From NCBI GenBank assembly GCA_047602425.1, contig JASGHG010000001.1, positions 3,264,001 through 3,328,000 of the forward strand: a DNA stretch of 64,000 nt, written 5' to 3'. The stretch comes from Nibricoccus sp. (GTDB taxonomy: Bacteria; Verrucomicrobiota; Verrucomicrobiia; Opitutales; Opitutaceae). This document shows, one piece after another, positions 30,640 to 39,818 of this stretch. The notes beneath the pieces are model-generated. The model saw only the letters and a list, made by a program, of their open reading frames with translations, ran no database searches and had not been told where the DNA came from. Numbering within the stretch: the stretch's first letter is position 1; each line of letters opens with the position of its first letter. A program made the position numbers and the translations under genes.

Positions 30640-30894
30640 TTAGCGGGAGCGCCGACGAAGGAGGTAAAGACCTATGACACCCAAGCTGAGCCCGCTCAGC
30701 AAAAAAAGCAGTGCACTGGCCCACGTTATATCAAATGACGCACCACAGATCTCCGGGTCGCCGAGCCCGAGTGCTGTGCCGAGTCCGGCGTAGCCAACCA
30801 AACAAAGGAAGCATTTGGGCGTGAGCGCGAGCAGCGCCGCCGGCAAAAGCCAGCGACGGGTGCGACGGAATATATTAGTGAGCTGCGGCGACAT
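30640..30894 (-). CDS. Small membrane protein with PKCxxC motif
   Basis: ATG 30894 overlaps the end of the DUF899 gene; ALTPKCFLCLVGY plus hydrophobic helices. Confidence 0.65.
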   Translation of the reverse strand: MSPQLTNIFRRTRRWLLPAALLALTPKCFLCLVGYAGLGTALGLGDPEICGASFDITWASALLFLLSGLSLGVIGLYLLRRRSR

Positions 30895-31624
30895 CGGCGG
30901 GCTGAGCGTAGCGATCATGATGGCGGATCCATTCCATGGTGTACTCCAAGCTGTCTTCATCTCGGCCCTTGGGCACCAGATCGAGCAGGTCGTAAGTGGT
31001 CATGACCACTTCCACACCCCGTCCAAAGGTGGAATAGGTGAGATAGACATCGCCTTTGGCATCGCGCGCGAAAACGCTGATGCCCGGCGCCTCGGTCTTC
31101 GGGAAATCCATTTTTGTATAATTGTAATCCACTTGGCCTCGCGCGATTTCGCTTTCCGTAAAGGAGACGTGGAAATCCCGGTTGAAATCGGTGCCATGTG
31201 ACGAGACCCAGTTGACCGCCCAACCCATCCGCGCTTTGAACGGCAGAATTTCCGTCAACGGCGCATTTGAGATGGCGGCGAAAGACACATCCCGGGCATT
31301 GAGATGCACCACGGTCGGGTTGAAATGGTCCATCATGAAGGAACAGCTCTTGCATCCCTCCTCCCAGCCGGGGCCGAGCATAAAATGCTGGATCATGAGC
31401 TGACTGCGCCCTTCGAAAAGGTCGGCCAAGGACACACGGCCCTCCGTCGAATCAAAGGTATAGGGTTTGGTTAGCTTTAACCACGGGAGAGCGCGGCGAC
31501 GTTGACTGAGCTGATCCCGCAGCCGGGTGAATTCTTTTTCCTCACGGAGAAATTCACGCCGGGCTGCGAGCCATTTTTCCGGCGAGACGATGGATGGATT
31601 TTGGAACGAGCTATTTTTGTTCAT
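30875..31624 (-). CDS. DUF899 thioredoxin-like protein
   Basis: WLAARREFLREEKEFTR, RRALPW, LFEGRSQL, GCKSCS, YSTFGRG and PKGRDE. Confidence 0.9.
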   Translation of the reverse strand: MNKNSSFQNPSIVSPEKWLAARREFLREEKEFTRLRDQLSQRRRALPWLKLTKPYTFDSTEGRVSLADLFEGRSQLMIQHFMLGPGWEEGCKSCSFMMDHFNPTVVHLNARDVSFAAISNAPLTEILPFKARMGWAVNWVSSHGTDFNRDFHVSFTESEIARGQVDYNYTKMDFPKTEAPGISVFARDAKGDVYLTYSTFGRGVEVVMTTYDLLDLVPKGRDEDSLEYTMEWIRHHDRYAQPADVAAAH

Positions 31625-31770
31625 GGGATGTTTGTTTTTATATGTGACAACGATTGGGCAGTTGGATTCAGGACAGGAAAGTTTGAGGGCAAGGCAGTAG
31701 CCTTGGTTGAAATCTGACAGGAAATAGAGAGAGCCCCCGAACGGCTTTTCTACGGGAGACTTGAAACGAC

Positions 31771-32325
31771 TTAGCCTGGTTGCACGGCGCTTCGGAGTTT
31801 TTGGTATTCAGCCTCAAGTTTGGCATGCGTCGCCCAGAACGGCGGGCGTGGAGTGCCTTCAAGGACGGCGATGAGAATCCCGAGGTGCGAATGCCAGCCC
31901 GAGGCGTAATTGCAGAGCTCGGCTTGTTCCTCGGCGCCACGGGTGCGATGCGTGAGCACGAGCAATACTTGTTTGCCCTGCGGAGTGAGTTCAAACGTCA
32001 CGATCGAATCGTCGCTGCCAAAGGTATAAACGAGCAAACGTGGAGGCTCGCATTTGAGGACACGTCCTTCGAAGGTCACGCCGGGATCCTGCACCTGGGC
32101 GTATTTTGCCGGTGGCGTTTCGTTCGGCGCCAGATTTTTGTGGTGCATGGCAAACTCGACTTTACCGCCCGCCTTCTGCTCCAGCACGCCGCCGCAGATC
32201 CAGCGGGCCCGTTTTTCCGGATCGGTGAGATATTCCCAGATGCGCTCGATGGGTCCGGGCAGGGTGCGCGTGAGACGCACTTCACCGGCGCCGATAAACT
32301 GTCCATGTTGGTCGTTGGATTTCAT
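31771..32325 (-). CDS. SRPBCC/AHSA1-like ligand-binding protein
   Basis: RTLPGPIERIWEYLTDPEKRARW, CEPPRLLVYTF and GWHSHL. Confidence 0.88.
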   Translation of the reverse strand: MKSNDQHGQFIGAGEVRLTRTLPGPIERIWEYLTDPEKRARWICGGVLEQKAGGKVEFAMHHKNLAPNETPPAKYAQVQDPGVTFEGRVLKCEPPRLLVYTFGSDDSIVTFELTPQGKQVLLVLTHRTRGAEEQAELCNYASGWHSHLGILIAVLEGTPRPPFWATHAKLEAEYQKLRSAVQPG

Positions 32326-32364
32326 GGTAGATATAAAATAGTTGTAGGTCTAAACAAAAACGTT

Positions 32365-32802
32365 TCACAGGAACACACGATCGAGCGCATCGAGCATTTT
32401 GCTCCAAGAACCTGCGGCCTTGTCCACGAAGTCGGCCCACTTTGGACTCATGTCGTGTGTGAGTTTCACCTCGCAGCCTTCGCCACGTGCAGTAATTTCG
32501 ACCGACACTTTGCTCGTTTCCGGAAAGGTGTCGCGCGTGCCCCAAGTGAAAACCAGCCGGCGCGGACGATCGATTTCCAGGTATTCGCCGACGTGATCGA
32601 CTTCGGTGTCATTGCGATCGACCACAAACGAGAATTTTCCGCCCATTTTTGGTTCGAGATTGAGTTTTACGATGCGCTCTTCGCGGACATTGGGACCAAA
32701 CATCCAACGGCCGAGCATCGTCGGATCGAGCCACGCATCGAATACGCGTTCGGCAGACACATTGAAGTGATGCAGCACCACGGCCTGTACCGGTTTGTTC
32801 AT
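32365..32802 (-). CDS. SRPBCC/AHSA1-like ligand-binding protein
   Basis: ERVFDAWLDP and GEYLEIDRPRRLVFTW; start ATG 32802 is coupled to the arsR-like stop. Confidence 0.88.
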   Translation of the reverse strand: MNKPVQAVVLHHFNVSAERVFDAWLDPTMLGRWMFGPNVREERIVKLNLEPKMGGKFSFVVDRNDTEVDHVGEYLEIDRPRRLVFTWGTRDTFPETSKVSVEITARGEGCEVKLTHDMSPKWADFVDKAAGSWSKMLDALDRVFL

Positions 32803-33128
32803 GATTTCTTTTTTCGTTTTTTTGCTTCGTCGTCGGCTCTCAATTCGCGTTCGAGGGCGTCGAGACGGCTCGACCAGAACGAGCGGGTTTTCTCCAGCCA
32901 CGCCTCGATTTCATCAAATCCTGCAGGGTTTATGGATTGGATGCGCGATTGGCCCTCGGCGCGAACGGTGACGAGCCCGGCTTCGCGCAGCACCTTCAAA
33001 TGTTGCGAAATCGCAGGAGCGCTCATGTCGAATTCCTCGACGAGTTCTCCGGCGGTGCGATCGCGCACGGCGAGTAGTTCGACGATGCGGCGTCGGGTTG
33101 GATCGGCGATGGCGGCTAGACTTTGCAT
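32799..33128 (-). CDS. ArsR/SmtB-family transcriptional regulator
   Basis: AIADPTRRRIVELL and SAPAISQHLKVLREAGLV. Confidence 0.92.
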   Translation of the reverse strand: MQSLAAIADPTRRRIVELLAVRDRTAGELVEEFDMSAPAISQHLKVLREAGLVTVRAEGQSRIQSINPAGFDEIEAWLEKTRSFWSSRLDALERELRADDEAKKRKKKS

Positions 33129-33136
33129 GCCGACAA

Positions 33137-33158
33137 TAATTAAGCTAAAGCTTAATTA
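33137..33158. promoter_or_regulatory. Putative ArsR-family operator
   Basis: Perfect 9-4-9 inverted repeat TAATTAAGC-TAAA-GCTTAATTA immediately upstream of the ArsR start. Confidence 0.7.
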
Positions 33159-33189
33159 AGCAAACGCTGAACAAAGATTTTTTCGTTTT

Positions 33190-33912
33190 TTATTTGGCGG
33201 ACCTGCGGGCCGGCGCAGTTCGAGGCGCGGCAGATCCGGGCGAGGCTTTATTCGCAGTGACCGGTCGCGGCTGCGGAGGTAGGGCGGGGATGAAGAGGCT
33301 GCGCATTTCCTCGGTGGGAAAATATTTCCCCGGGCATTCCGTGTGTCCTGGATCTACTTCGCAGTGGATCTTGAATTCGAGGGGGACGAATGCGACTTCG
33401 TCACGGAGGTAGAGCAGCAGCTCTTTGAGCGCAGCGACTTGTTTTTCGGTCGGCTTGTGATTTTCAAAATTGCCGACCAGGCAAATGCCAATCGCGATCT
33501 CGTTTAAACCCAGTTTATCGCGGACATGACCGCCGAGCAGCTGTTTGGTCCAACGCATGCCGATCTCGATTTCGCCATCGCCCGAGTCCTTTCCGTTACC
33601 GATAACAAAATGATAGGCCAATCCGTTGACCATTCCGCGTTGCCGATGGCCTATATCGTATTTCGCCGCGTTGCCGCTTTCATCGGCGCTATGATGGCAA
33701 ATGATCATTTTCCACTGGCCCGGAACAATCTTGAGTTTCGATGTCACGTCCCGGACTTGTTGGGTGTAGACGACGGTTGGTTTGACAACGACCGGCACGG
33801 GCACGGCAATTTTGGTTTGTTCGACCGAGGGCTTGGCAGGTTTGGACGAAGTGCTGCATCCGACGATTGCTGCCTGGAGAAAGATGATAAGCAGAGGCAA
33901 TCGTTTATTCAT
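33190..33912 (-). CDS. Lipoprotein N-acetylmuramoyl-L-alanine amidase (Amidase_2/PGRP-like)
   Basis: Lipobox IVGC; IICHHSA, LAYHFVIGNG, IGICLVGNF and TECPGKYFP. Confidence 0.88.
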   Translation of the reverse strand: MNKRLPLLIIFLQAAIVGCSTSSKPAKPSVEQTKIAVPVPVVVKPTVVYTQQVRDVTSKLKIVPGQWKMIICHHSADESGNAAKYDIGHRQRGMVNGLAYHFVIGNGKDSGDGEIEIGMRWTKQLLGGHVRDKLGLNEIAIGICLVGNFENHKPTEKQVAALKELLLYLRDEVAFVPLEFKIHCEVDPGHTECPGKYFPTEEMRSLFIPALPPQPRPVTANKASPGSAAPRTAPARRSAK

Positions 33913-34027
33913 GTGCCGTGGGGTGGAGCTTCAAATGGAGTGCCAGACGCTTGCTGACGAAGCAAAGCGTTTTTGTCAGAGGGAACGCGGCCGGCGCACG
34001 CGTAAATTTGGGCATGTTACCCGGACT

Positions 34028-36199
34028 TCAGTTGGCGGGCGTAGAGAGGCCGCGACGATCGAGCAGCGGTTGCAGCGAAGGTTCGCCGCCGCGGAAGGTG
34101 CGATAAAGCTTCAGGGCATCCGCGCTGCCGCCGCGCGAGAGCACCAGATCGCGGAAACGGTCGCCGCCAACCCGGGATAGGCCGCCGTTTTTCTTGAACC
34201 ACTCGACCGTGTCGGCATCGAGCACTTCGCTCCAAATATAGGAATAGTAACCCGCGGCATAGCCGGTGGTGAAAATGTGCGAGAAGTAAGTGCTGCGATA
34301 GCGGGGTGGCACGGGTGCGAAATCCAGGCCGACACGCTTCAAGGCGGCCGCTTCGAAGGCGAGGGCACCATCGGCGTTGGGCACTTGAGCGGCAGTCACT
34401 TGGTGCCAGGCCTGATCCAATAGGGCGGCGGCGAGGTACTCGGTGGTGGCAAAACCTTGATTGAACTTTGACGCCGCTTTCACCTTGGCGACGAGCTCGG
34501 CGGGAATGGGCGCGCCGGTTTTGTGGTGTTTGGCATAGTTCGACAAAACTTCGGGCCATTCCATCCACATTTCGTTCACCTGTGAGGGAAACTCGACGAA
34601 GTCGTTCGGGACATTGGTGCCGGCGAAACGCGGATAACGCACGGCGGAGAATATATCGTGCAAATTGTGGCCAAACTCATGGAAGGCAGTATTCACCTCG
34701 TCATACGTCAGCAGCGTGGGCTCACCGGCGGCGGGTTTGGAGATATTGAGATGGTTGGCCACGACGGGGTGGGTGCCGAGCAGGGCAGACTGTATCACGT
34801 AAGAAAGAGCCCAAGCGCCGCCACGCTTGGAAGGCCGGGCATACCAATCGATGATCAGCAACGCGAGCGACGAGCCATCGGCGTTGAACACCTCAAAGAC
34901 GCGGGTGTCGGGATGATAACGCGGCAGATCAGAGCGTTCTTTAAACGTGATGCCGTACAGGCGCGTGGCGGCGTAGAAAACACCGTCTTGCAGAACGTGG
35001 TTAAGCTCGAAGTACGGACGGAGCTGGCTCTCGTCGAAAGCGAATTTTTCAGCGCGGACTTTTTCGGTGTAGAAGGCCCAGTCCCAGGGTTCGAGCTTGG
35101 CGCCTGGAATATCTTTTTCGAGGAGACGTTGGAGGTCGGCGGCTTCGCGGCGGGCGTTGGCTACAGCGGCCGGAGCAAGTTTCTGCAGGAGATTGTTGAC
35201 CGTAGCGACCGAACCAGCGGTTTGGTCGGCGAGGACGAAGGCGGCGTGATTAGCGAAGCCGAGCAGTTCGGCACGTTCAGCCCGCAACTTGGCGAGGCGG
35301 GTAACGATGCCGCGAGTGTCGTAGTCGCCGCCGTGCGAACCGCGGGCAACGGAGGCGCAGAAAATCTTTTCGCGAAGAGCGCGATTGCTCAGCTGGCTCA
35401 ACGGCGGTTGTCCCGTGGTATTGACCAGACGCACGAGGAACTGACCTTCGTGACCGGCAGCCTTGGCGGCATCGGCTGCAGCGATAATGGACGTTTCGGG
35501 CCAGCCGGCGAGTTCCTCGCGCTTGGCGACGAGCACGGCGGAGGCATTAACTTCCTTGAGCACGTTTTGGGAAAACGATGCCTGCAATGACGCGATCTCG
35601 GCGTTGAGTTCGCGCAGGCGGGCCTGATCGGCAGTGCCGAGCTTGGCGCCGGCGCGGACGAAATCATTGTAGTAACGTTCCAGTGCGTACAGCGATTCGG
35701 GATCGAGTTTCAGCTCAGTGCGACGTGCATAGAGCGCGGCAATGCGGGAAAAAATGCGGAGATTGAGCAGGATGGCGTCCGCATGGGCGGCGAGCTTGGG
35801 CGCCATTTCCTGTTCGATGGCTTCCATCTCGGGATTGGTGTCGGTACTGTTAATCCCATCGAAAATCCGGGAGACGCTGGCAAACAGCTGGCCGGAACGT
35901 TCCAGGGCTGCGATTGTATTGTCGAATGTTGGCGCTTCGGATTGGTTGGCGATGACCTCGACCTCGCGCAAATGATCCGCCATGCCTTGCGTGTAGGCAG
36001 GGCGATAGTGTTCGTTGCGAATGCGGTCGAAACGGGGGTAACCAAATTGTAGGTCGCTCCCCGTGAGCAAAGGATTGTCGGCGGCGGAAAGCCCTCCGGT
36101 GACAGCGGCTAAACCAATCATGAAACAAAAGAATAATTTGGACACGATCACAGCGAATGCAAAGTTGCGCCGTTTTCCAGCCGTGAATCGATTCATCAC
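34028..36199 (-). CDS. dcp: M3-family peptidase, peptidyl-dipeptidase Dcp-like
   Basis: HEFGH zinc motif, KRGGAW, DFVEFPSQ and YAAGYYSYIWSEVLDAD; exact start uncertain. Confidence 0.9.
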   Translation of the reverse strand: MMNRFTAGKRRNFAFAVIVSKLFFCFMIGLAAVTGGLSAADNPLLTGSDLQFGYPRFDRIRNEHYRPAYTQGMADHLREVEVIANQSEAPTFDNTIAALERSGQLFASVSRIFDGINSTDTNPEMEAIEQEMAPKLAAHADAILLNLRIFSRIAALYARRTELKLDPESLYALERYYNDFVRAGAKLGTADQARLRELNAEIASLQASFSQNVLKEVNASAVLVAKREELAGWPETSIIAAADAAKAAGHEGQFLVRLVNTTGQPPLSQLSNRALREKIFCASVARGSHGGDYDTRGIVTRLAKLRAERAELLGFANHAAFVLADQTAGSVATVNNLLQKLAPAAVANARREAADLQRLLEKDIPGAKLEPWDWAFYTEKVRAEKFAFDESQLRPYFELNHVLQDGVFYAATRLYGITFKERSDLPRYHPDTRVFEVFNADGSSLALLIIDWYARPSKRGGAWALSYVIQSALLGTHPVVANHLNISKPAAGEPTLLTYDEVNTAFHEFGHNLHDIFSAVRYPRFAGTNVPNDFVEFPSQVNEMWMEWPEVLSNYAKHHKTGAPIPAELVAKVKAASKFNQGFATTEYLAAALLDQAWHQVTAAQVPNADGALAFEAAALKRVGLDFAPVPPRYRSTYFSHIFTTGYAAGYYSYIWSEVLDADTVEWFKKNGGLSRVGGDRFRDLVLSRGGSADALKLYRTFRGGEPSLQPLLDRRGLSTPAN

Positions 36200-36260
36200 G
36201 CCAACTATTCATCGCACGCAATTTTCTGGCGAAACGAGGGCTATTGACGATGGGTGTTCT

Positions 36261-36899
36261 TCAACGCTCCGTCGTGACACCGGTGAGTGCCAAGCGCAGG
36301 CCGAGGAGAATGAAGGCGACTCCGGCGAGACGGTCGAACAGGCGCGTAAGACCGGGACGAGTGCGGATGTGTTTTCCAATGGCGGCGCTGAAAAGTCCCA
36401 CCAGCACAAAGACCACGAATGAAATCAGGCCAAAACCAATTCCAAGGAGAAACAATTGCGTAGGCAGACTGCCTTGCCCGGACCGAATAAACTGCGGTAG
36501 GAAAGCGAGGAAGAAGAGCGCGACCTTGGGATTTAGGACGTTCATTAAGAATGCCTGGACAAAAATCTTTCGCGAGGAAAGCGGCGTGGCATTTTCGGGC
36601 AAGGAGATGAGCCCGCGCGAAAAGAGCACCCTCACTCCGAGAAAAATCAGATAGGCGGCGCCAAGCAGTTTTGCCACCGTGAACGCGTTTGCCGAAGCGA
36701 CCAGCAGCGCGGAGAGGCCGCAGACCGAAGCCGCCGTGTGAATCGTCAACCCCGAGCAAAACCCGGCGGCAGAGACAATCGCCGCGCGCCGCCCCTGCGA
36801 GATCCCTTTGGCCAGCACATATAAAATATCCGGCCCGGGTGCGACCGCGAGCGCGGCCGAGGCGAGAACAAACGTGGTGGTGAAGGGTAAAGCGGACAT
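36261..36899 (-). CDS. LysE/RhtB-family translocator
   Basis: APGPD, GAAYLIFLG and NVLNPKVALFFLAFLPQF. Confidence 0.92.
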   Translation of the reverse strand: MSALPFTTTFVLASAALAVAPGPDILYVLAKGISQGRRAAIVSAAGFCSGLTIHTAASVCGLSALLVASANAFTVAKLLGAAYLIFLGVRVLFSRGLISLPENATPLSSRKIFVQAFLMNVLNPKVALFFLAFLPQFIRSGQGSLPTQLFLLGIGFGLISFVVFVLVGLFSAAIGKHIRTRPGLTRLFDRLAGVAFILLGLRLALTGVTTER

Positions 36900-37338
36900 T
36901 TAGATGACAGTTTCGGGACGTTTGATGGAGATCGATTTCGCGCGGACCTGTCAAACGAGGGCCTGAAACTGAAAAACGAGGCTTTACGTTACCCTGGCAT
37001 AATTGACGACAATGGCACTGGTGTTTCTCGCAGGTTGGGGGAAGTTTTTTCGAACCCTCAATGCCATTTGATCGGTGACGGAATTTATTGGACGAACAGG
37101 AGGTCTATCTAGTCCAGATGGGCGGGTTTTTTCGCGAAAGCGAAGAACACGAAATATCGGCAGGATCGTTTCACTGACTGGCTCTGCAAAAAGAAAGCCG
37201 GAATGCAAAATTCTGGCGATAGCGACTGTTTTTCGCGCAAAACGTTGAGCGCAGAGGCGTGGTTAATAGCGCACGAATGTCGGACGAATTTGGCGGTTTA
37301 CAGTTATTTGGCAGATCTATCCCGGGCCGATCATTGAC

Positions 37339-37905
37339 ATGAAAATGCTGAATGTTTCTCTTGGCGCAAAAGAACGCATGACGCGGCGGATTTACCCAAT
37401 CAAAGTTCTCGGCCTCGTTGCTTTAGTCGTCCTGGGCGCGCTCCTCATCCTCAACCACACTTCCGGCATGTTCAAAGTTTGTCTCTTTTCACCTGTTAAA
37501 GGAAAAGTCGTTTTCAAAGGCCAACCTGTAGCCGGCGCAGTGATCGAACGGCATTGCAAGTGGAACTGGAAGAAGACGGAGCAGACCGATCAGACGACCA
37601 CTGACGTAAATGGAGAATTTTCCATGCCCGGCATCTATTCTTGGATGGGCGTGGTGCAGTTGGTTCCCCACGAGCCGGTGATCCACCAACAGCTAGAGAT
37701 TAAACACGAGGGGAGGACGTACAATGCGTGGACGCACTTCAAGCATGAGTACGGTGAATTTGCGGAGCTCGATATCTGCAAAGCGCTGGGAGACGGCCCA
37801 AGTCTGGATGGGAAGCCGATCGATCTCCTTTGTGATCTTGGAGTGGAATCGAAAAATCACTTCGGAGGTTCCGGCTGGGGAGGAATTGGCGAACTGAGGA
37901 GATAA
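37339..37905 (+). CDS. Exported protein, DUF6795/transthyretin-like (candidate lipase immunity protein)
   Basis: N-terminal hydrophobic segment; LFSPVKG..GQPVAGA.IER, TTTDVNGEFSMP and PHEPVIHQ; alternative start 37378. Confidence 0.6.
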   Translation: MKMLNVSLGAKERMTRRIYPIKVLGLVALVVLGALLILNHTSGMFKVCLFSPVKGKVVFKGQPVAGAVIERHCKWNWKKTEQTDQTTTDVNGEFSMPGIYSWMGVVQLVPHEPVIHQQLEIKHEGRTYNAWTHFKHEYGEFAELDICKALGDGPSLDGKPIDLLCDLGVESKNHFGGSGWGGIGELRR

Positions 37906-37911
37906 CCTGCC

Positions 37912-39123
37912 ATGATTACAACTTTGACCCCGCGCGAAGTCGCGCGAATTGCACTCAATGTTTATCAACTCGAACATGTTGATGTAGGTACGCTGTACAA
38001 AGCGGACGGAGCCCTTGGATGTGAGGGTTTGTTCAAGGTTGCAGATGATGCACGTTTCAACGCGAAAACAGGCGGACACTTGTACAGCCGTCTCAGCGGT
38101 TTCGGGTACATTGCTGAAGGCGAAGGCGCCCATGCGGGTGAATATTTAATCGCTATTCGTGGGACCAACCCTGGGAGTGCCCGCGATTGGTTGACGGATG
38201 CCCGCGCAGGATTTTGTCGCGGCGACAGCGGACATTCTGTGCACCTTGGCTTTCAAACTACATGGAAGTCGTTTGAGAACGATGTGCGTGAATATTTCCG
38301 TGGTAGAAATCCCACCCGCATTCACTGCGTCGGCCACAGTTTGGGCGGTGCACTGGCAACGCTTTGCGCGGATTATCTTTCGGCGAATAATGTCGGTGAG
38401 GTTTCTCTTTATACATTTGGGGCTCCTCGTGCCGGTATGCGTGAATTTGCAGAGGCGCTAACTGAGAGGATGGGCGTCGAGAATTTTTTCCGTGTGACCA
38501 ACGTGGCTGATCCTGTTGCAGTTGTACCGATCTATCCGTTTTACCACGCGCCATATTTGACGCGCCAGTACGTGGTTGGCGGTGCAGGATTGCCCATCAA
38601 CCCTTGGGCTCATCCAATGGGTGGTTATGTCAAGGCGGTCGGACAGGCATCGTGGGCGACGATGGTGGATCGTTCGACTACAATGGTTGTCGCGGATGAA
38701 GTGAAACGCTGGTTGGAAACGGTTTCCTCCGGTGGTGGTGTGACAAGATTTTCTGTCGAAACATTTACCATGATCGGCAAAGCGCTCGGCTGGATTTTGC
38801 AGCAAGCCTACGAAGGGGTCGGGCTGGGCTCGTGCTCTCTCCTGACGGCGTTGGATCACTTGGGCTACTTGGTCGAGCGTGGGACCAGATTCACCGAGGA
38901 GCTCGGGGCAGATATTAAAACGACGATGAGCGCGATCCTACGCTTTATCGGACACAGCACGGTTATTGTTGGCGAGATCACCGTAGCATTCCTGCGATTT
39001 GTTTTAGATCTATTCTACGGTGCGATCCGGTTGATGGCCGTGCAGGCTCGTGCGGGGGATGGGGCAGGAGTGAAACCCAAATCGCGGCGTAAAGCCGCTC
39101 CTACAGTAGGGTGGTTTTTGTAG
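37912..39123 (+). CDS. Class 3 lipase (Tle-like effector candidate)
   Basis: IAIRGT, VHLGF, CVGHSLGGALA, YTFGAPRAG and RVTNVADPV; no signal peptide; stop codon lies inside a REP. Confidence 0.85.
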   Translation: MITTLTPREVARIALNVYQLEHVDVGTLYKADGALGCEGLFKVADDARFNAKTGGHLYSRLSGFGYIAEGEGAHAGEYLIAIRGTNPGSARDWLTDARAGFCRGDSGHSVHLGFQTTWKSFENDVREYFRGRNPTRIHCVGHSLGGALATLCADYLSANNVGEVSLYTFGAPRAGMREFAEALTERMGVENFFRVTNVADPVAVVPIYPFYHAPYLTRQYVVGGAGLPINPWAHPMGGYVKAVGQASWATMVDRSTTMVVADEVKRWLETVSSGGGVTRFSVETFTMIGKALGWILQQAYEGVGLGSCSLLTALDHLGYLVERGTRFTEELGADIKTTMSAILRFIGHSTVIVGEITVAFLRFVLDLFYGAIRLMAVQARAGDGAGVKPKSRRKAAPTVGWFL

Positions 39124-39143
39124 GAGCGGCTTTATGCCGCGAT
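39081..39143. repeat. REPIN (inverted pair of 24-bp GTAG-type REPs)
   Basis: ATCGCGGCGTAAAGCCGCTCCTAC (39081-39104) and GTAGGAGCGGCTTTATGCCGCGAT (39120-39143). Confidence 0.9.
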
Positions 39144-39151
39144 TCTTCGAA

Positions 39152-39665
39152 CTAAGCCAACCACTCGGGGTAAGGGCAGGCGGAATCGGTCAATTCGCCG
39201 AACCACGTCCAATCTTCTTTGGCGCAGAAATAACCGGGCCAGGTCTGGCCAGTCGGCAAAATGTTTTTCTGATAGGGGTTCAGGAATATGTAGAGAAAGA
39301 TGGGCAACCGATCCTCATCGGCCCGATGCGGTGGTCATAGTAGCCGTGTTCCCATTTGAGGCTGGCGGCGCGTAATGCGGGAGATAATCTGCCCTTGAAG
39401 AGGCGAATTGAATTAGAGAGATCTGCGGTCTCGCCAAGGACTGCTAGAAGATGGATGTGATTGGGCATGATCGTCGCGGTGCGTATGTGCCAATTTGCTC
39501 TGCTTCGAGTTTGTACAATTGGCCCAGTACGACCGCGAGAAGCGAAGGAGCAGTCAGTCCTGCTTGTCGCTGGTTCGTGCAAAGCGTGAGGAAGTATTCC
39601 GAGTCAGAATTCGACCAGCGTCCACGGCGAAGCGCTTCGTGTCCTTTGCCAGGAGTACGGGGCAT
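39152..39665 (-). pseudogene. REP-associated tyrosine transposase (RAYT, IS200-like HUH Y1) with two frameshifts
   Basis: Three frames join: ALRRGRWS..YFLTLCT / IMPNHIHLL..WEHGYYDHRI / DEDRLPIFLYIFLNPY..PEWLA*. Flanked by REPINs on both sides. Confidence 0.85.
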
Positions 39666-39683
39666 GCGAGGGGCTGTTTGGAT

Positions 39684-39805
39684 GTAGGAGCGGGTTTATC
39701 CCGCGATGATGGAGTCTGGAGATTATTTATCGTGGCGTAAAGCATGGTATTCGCGCGACATAGGATTGCCGATGTTTATTTATCGCGGCGTAAAGCCGCT
39801 CCTAC
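39684..39805. repeat. REPIN upstream of the RAYT, with an internal partial REP
   Basis: GTAGGAGCGGGTTTATCCCGCGAT (39684-39707), partial ATCGTGGCGTAAAGC (39729-39743) and ATCGCGGCGTAAAGCCGCTCCTAC (39782-39805). Confidence 0.88.
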
Positions 39806-39818
39806 AGTGGAGCGGCAC

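Noticed and set aside
31780..33159. 459-aa plus-strand ORF
   Set aside because: Antisense to three well-supported genes (two SRPBCC and ArsR).
36900..37338. Possible small RNA or riboswitch upstream of the immunity-like gene (weak stem and T-run near 37100-37135)
   Set aside because: The stem is short and no conserved aptamer motif was recognised.
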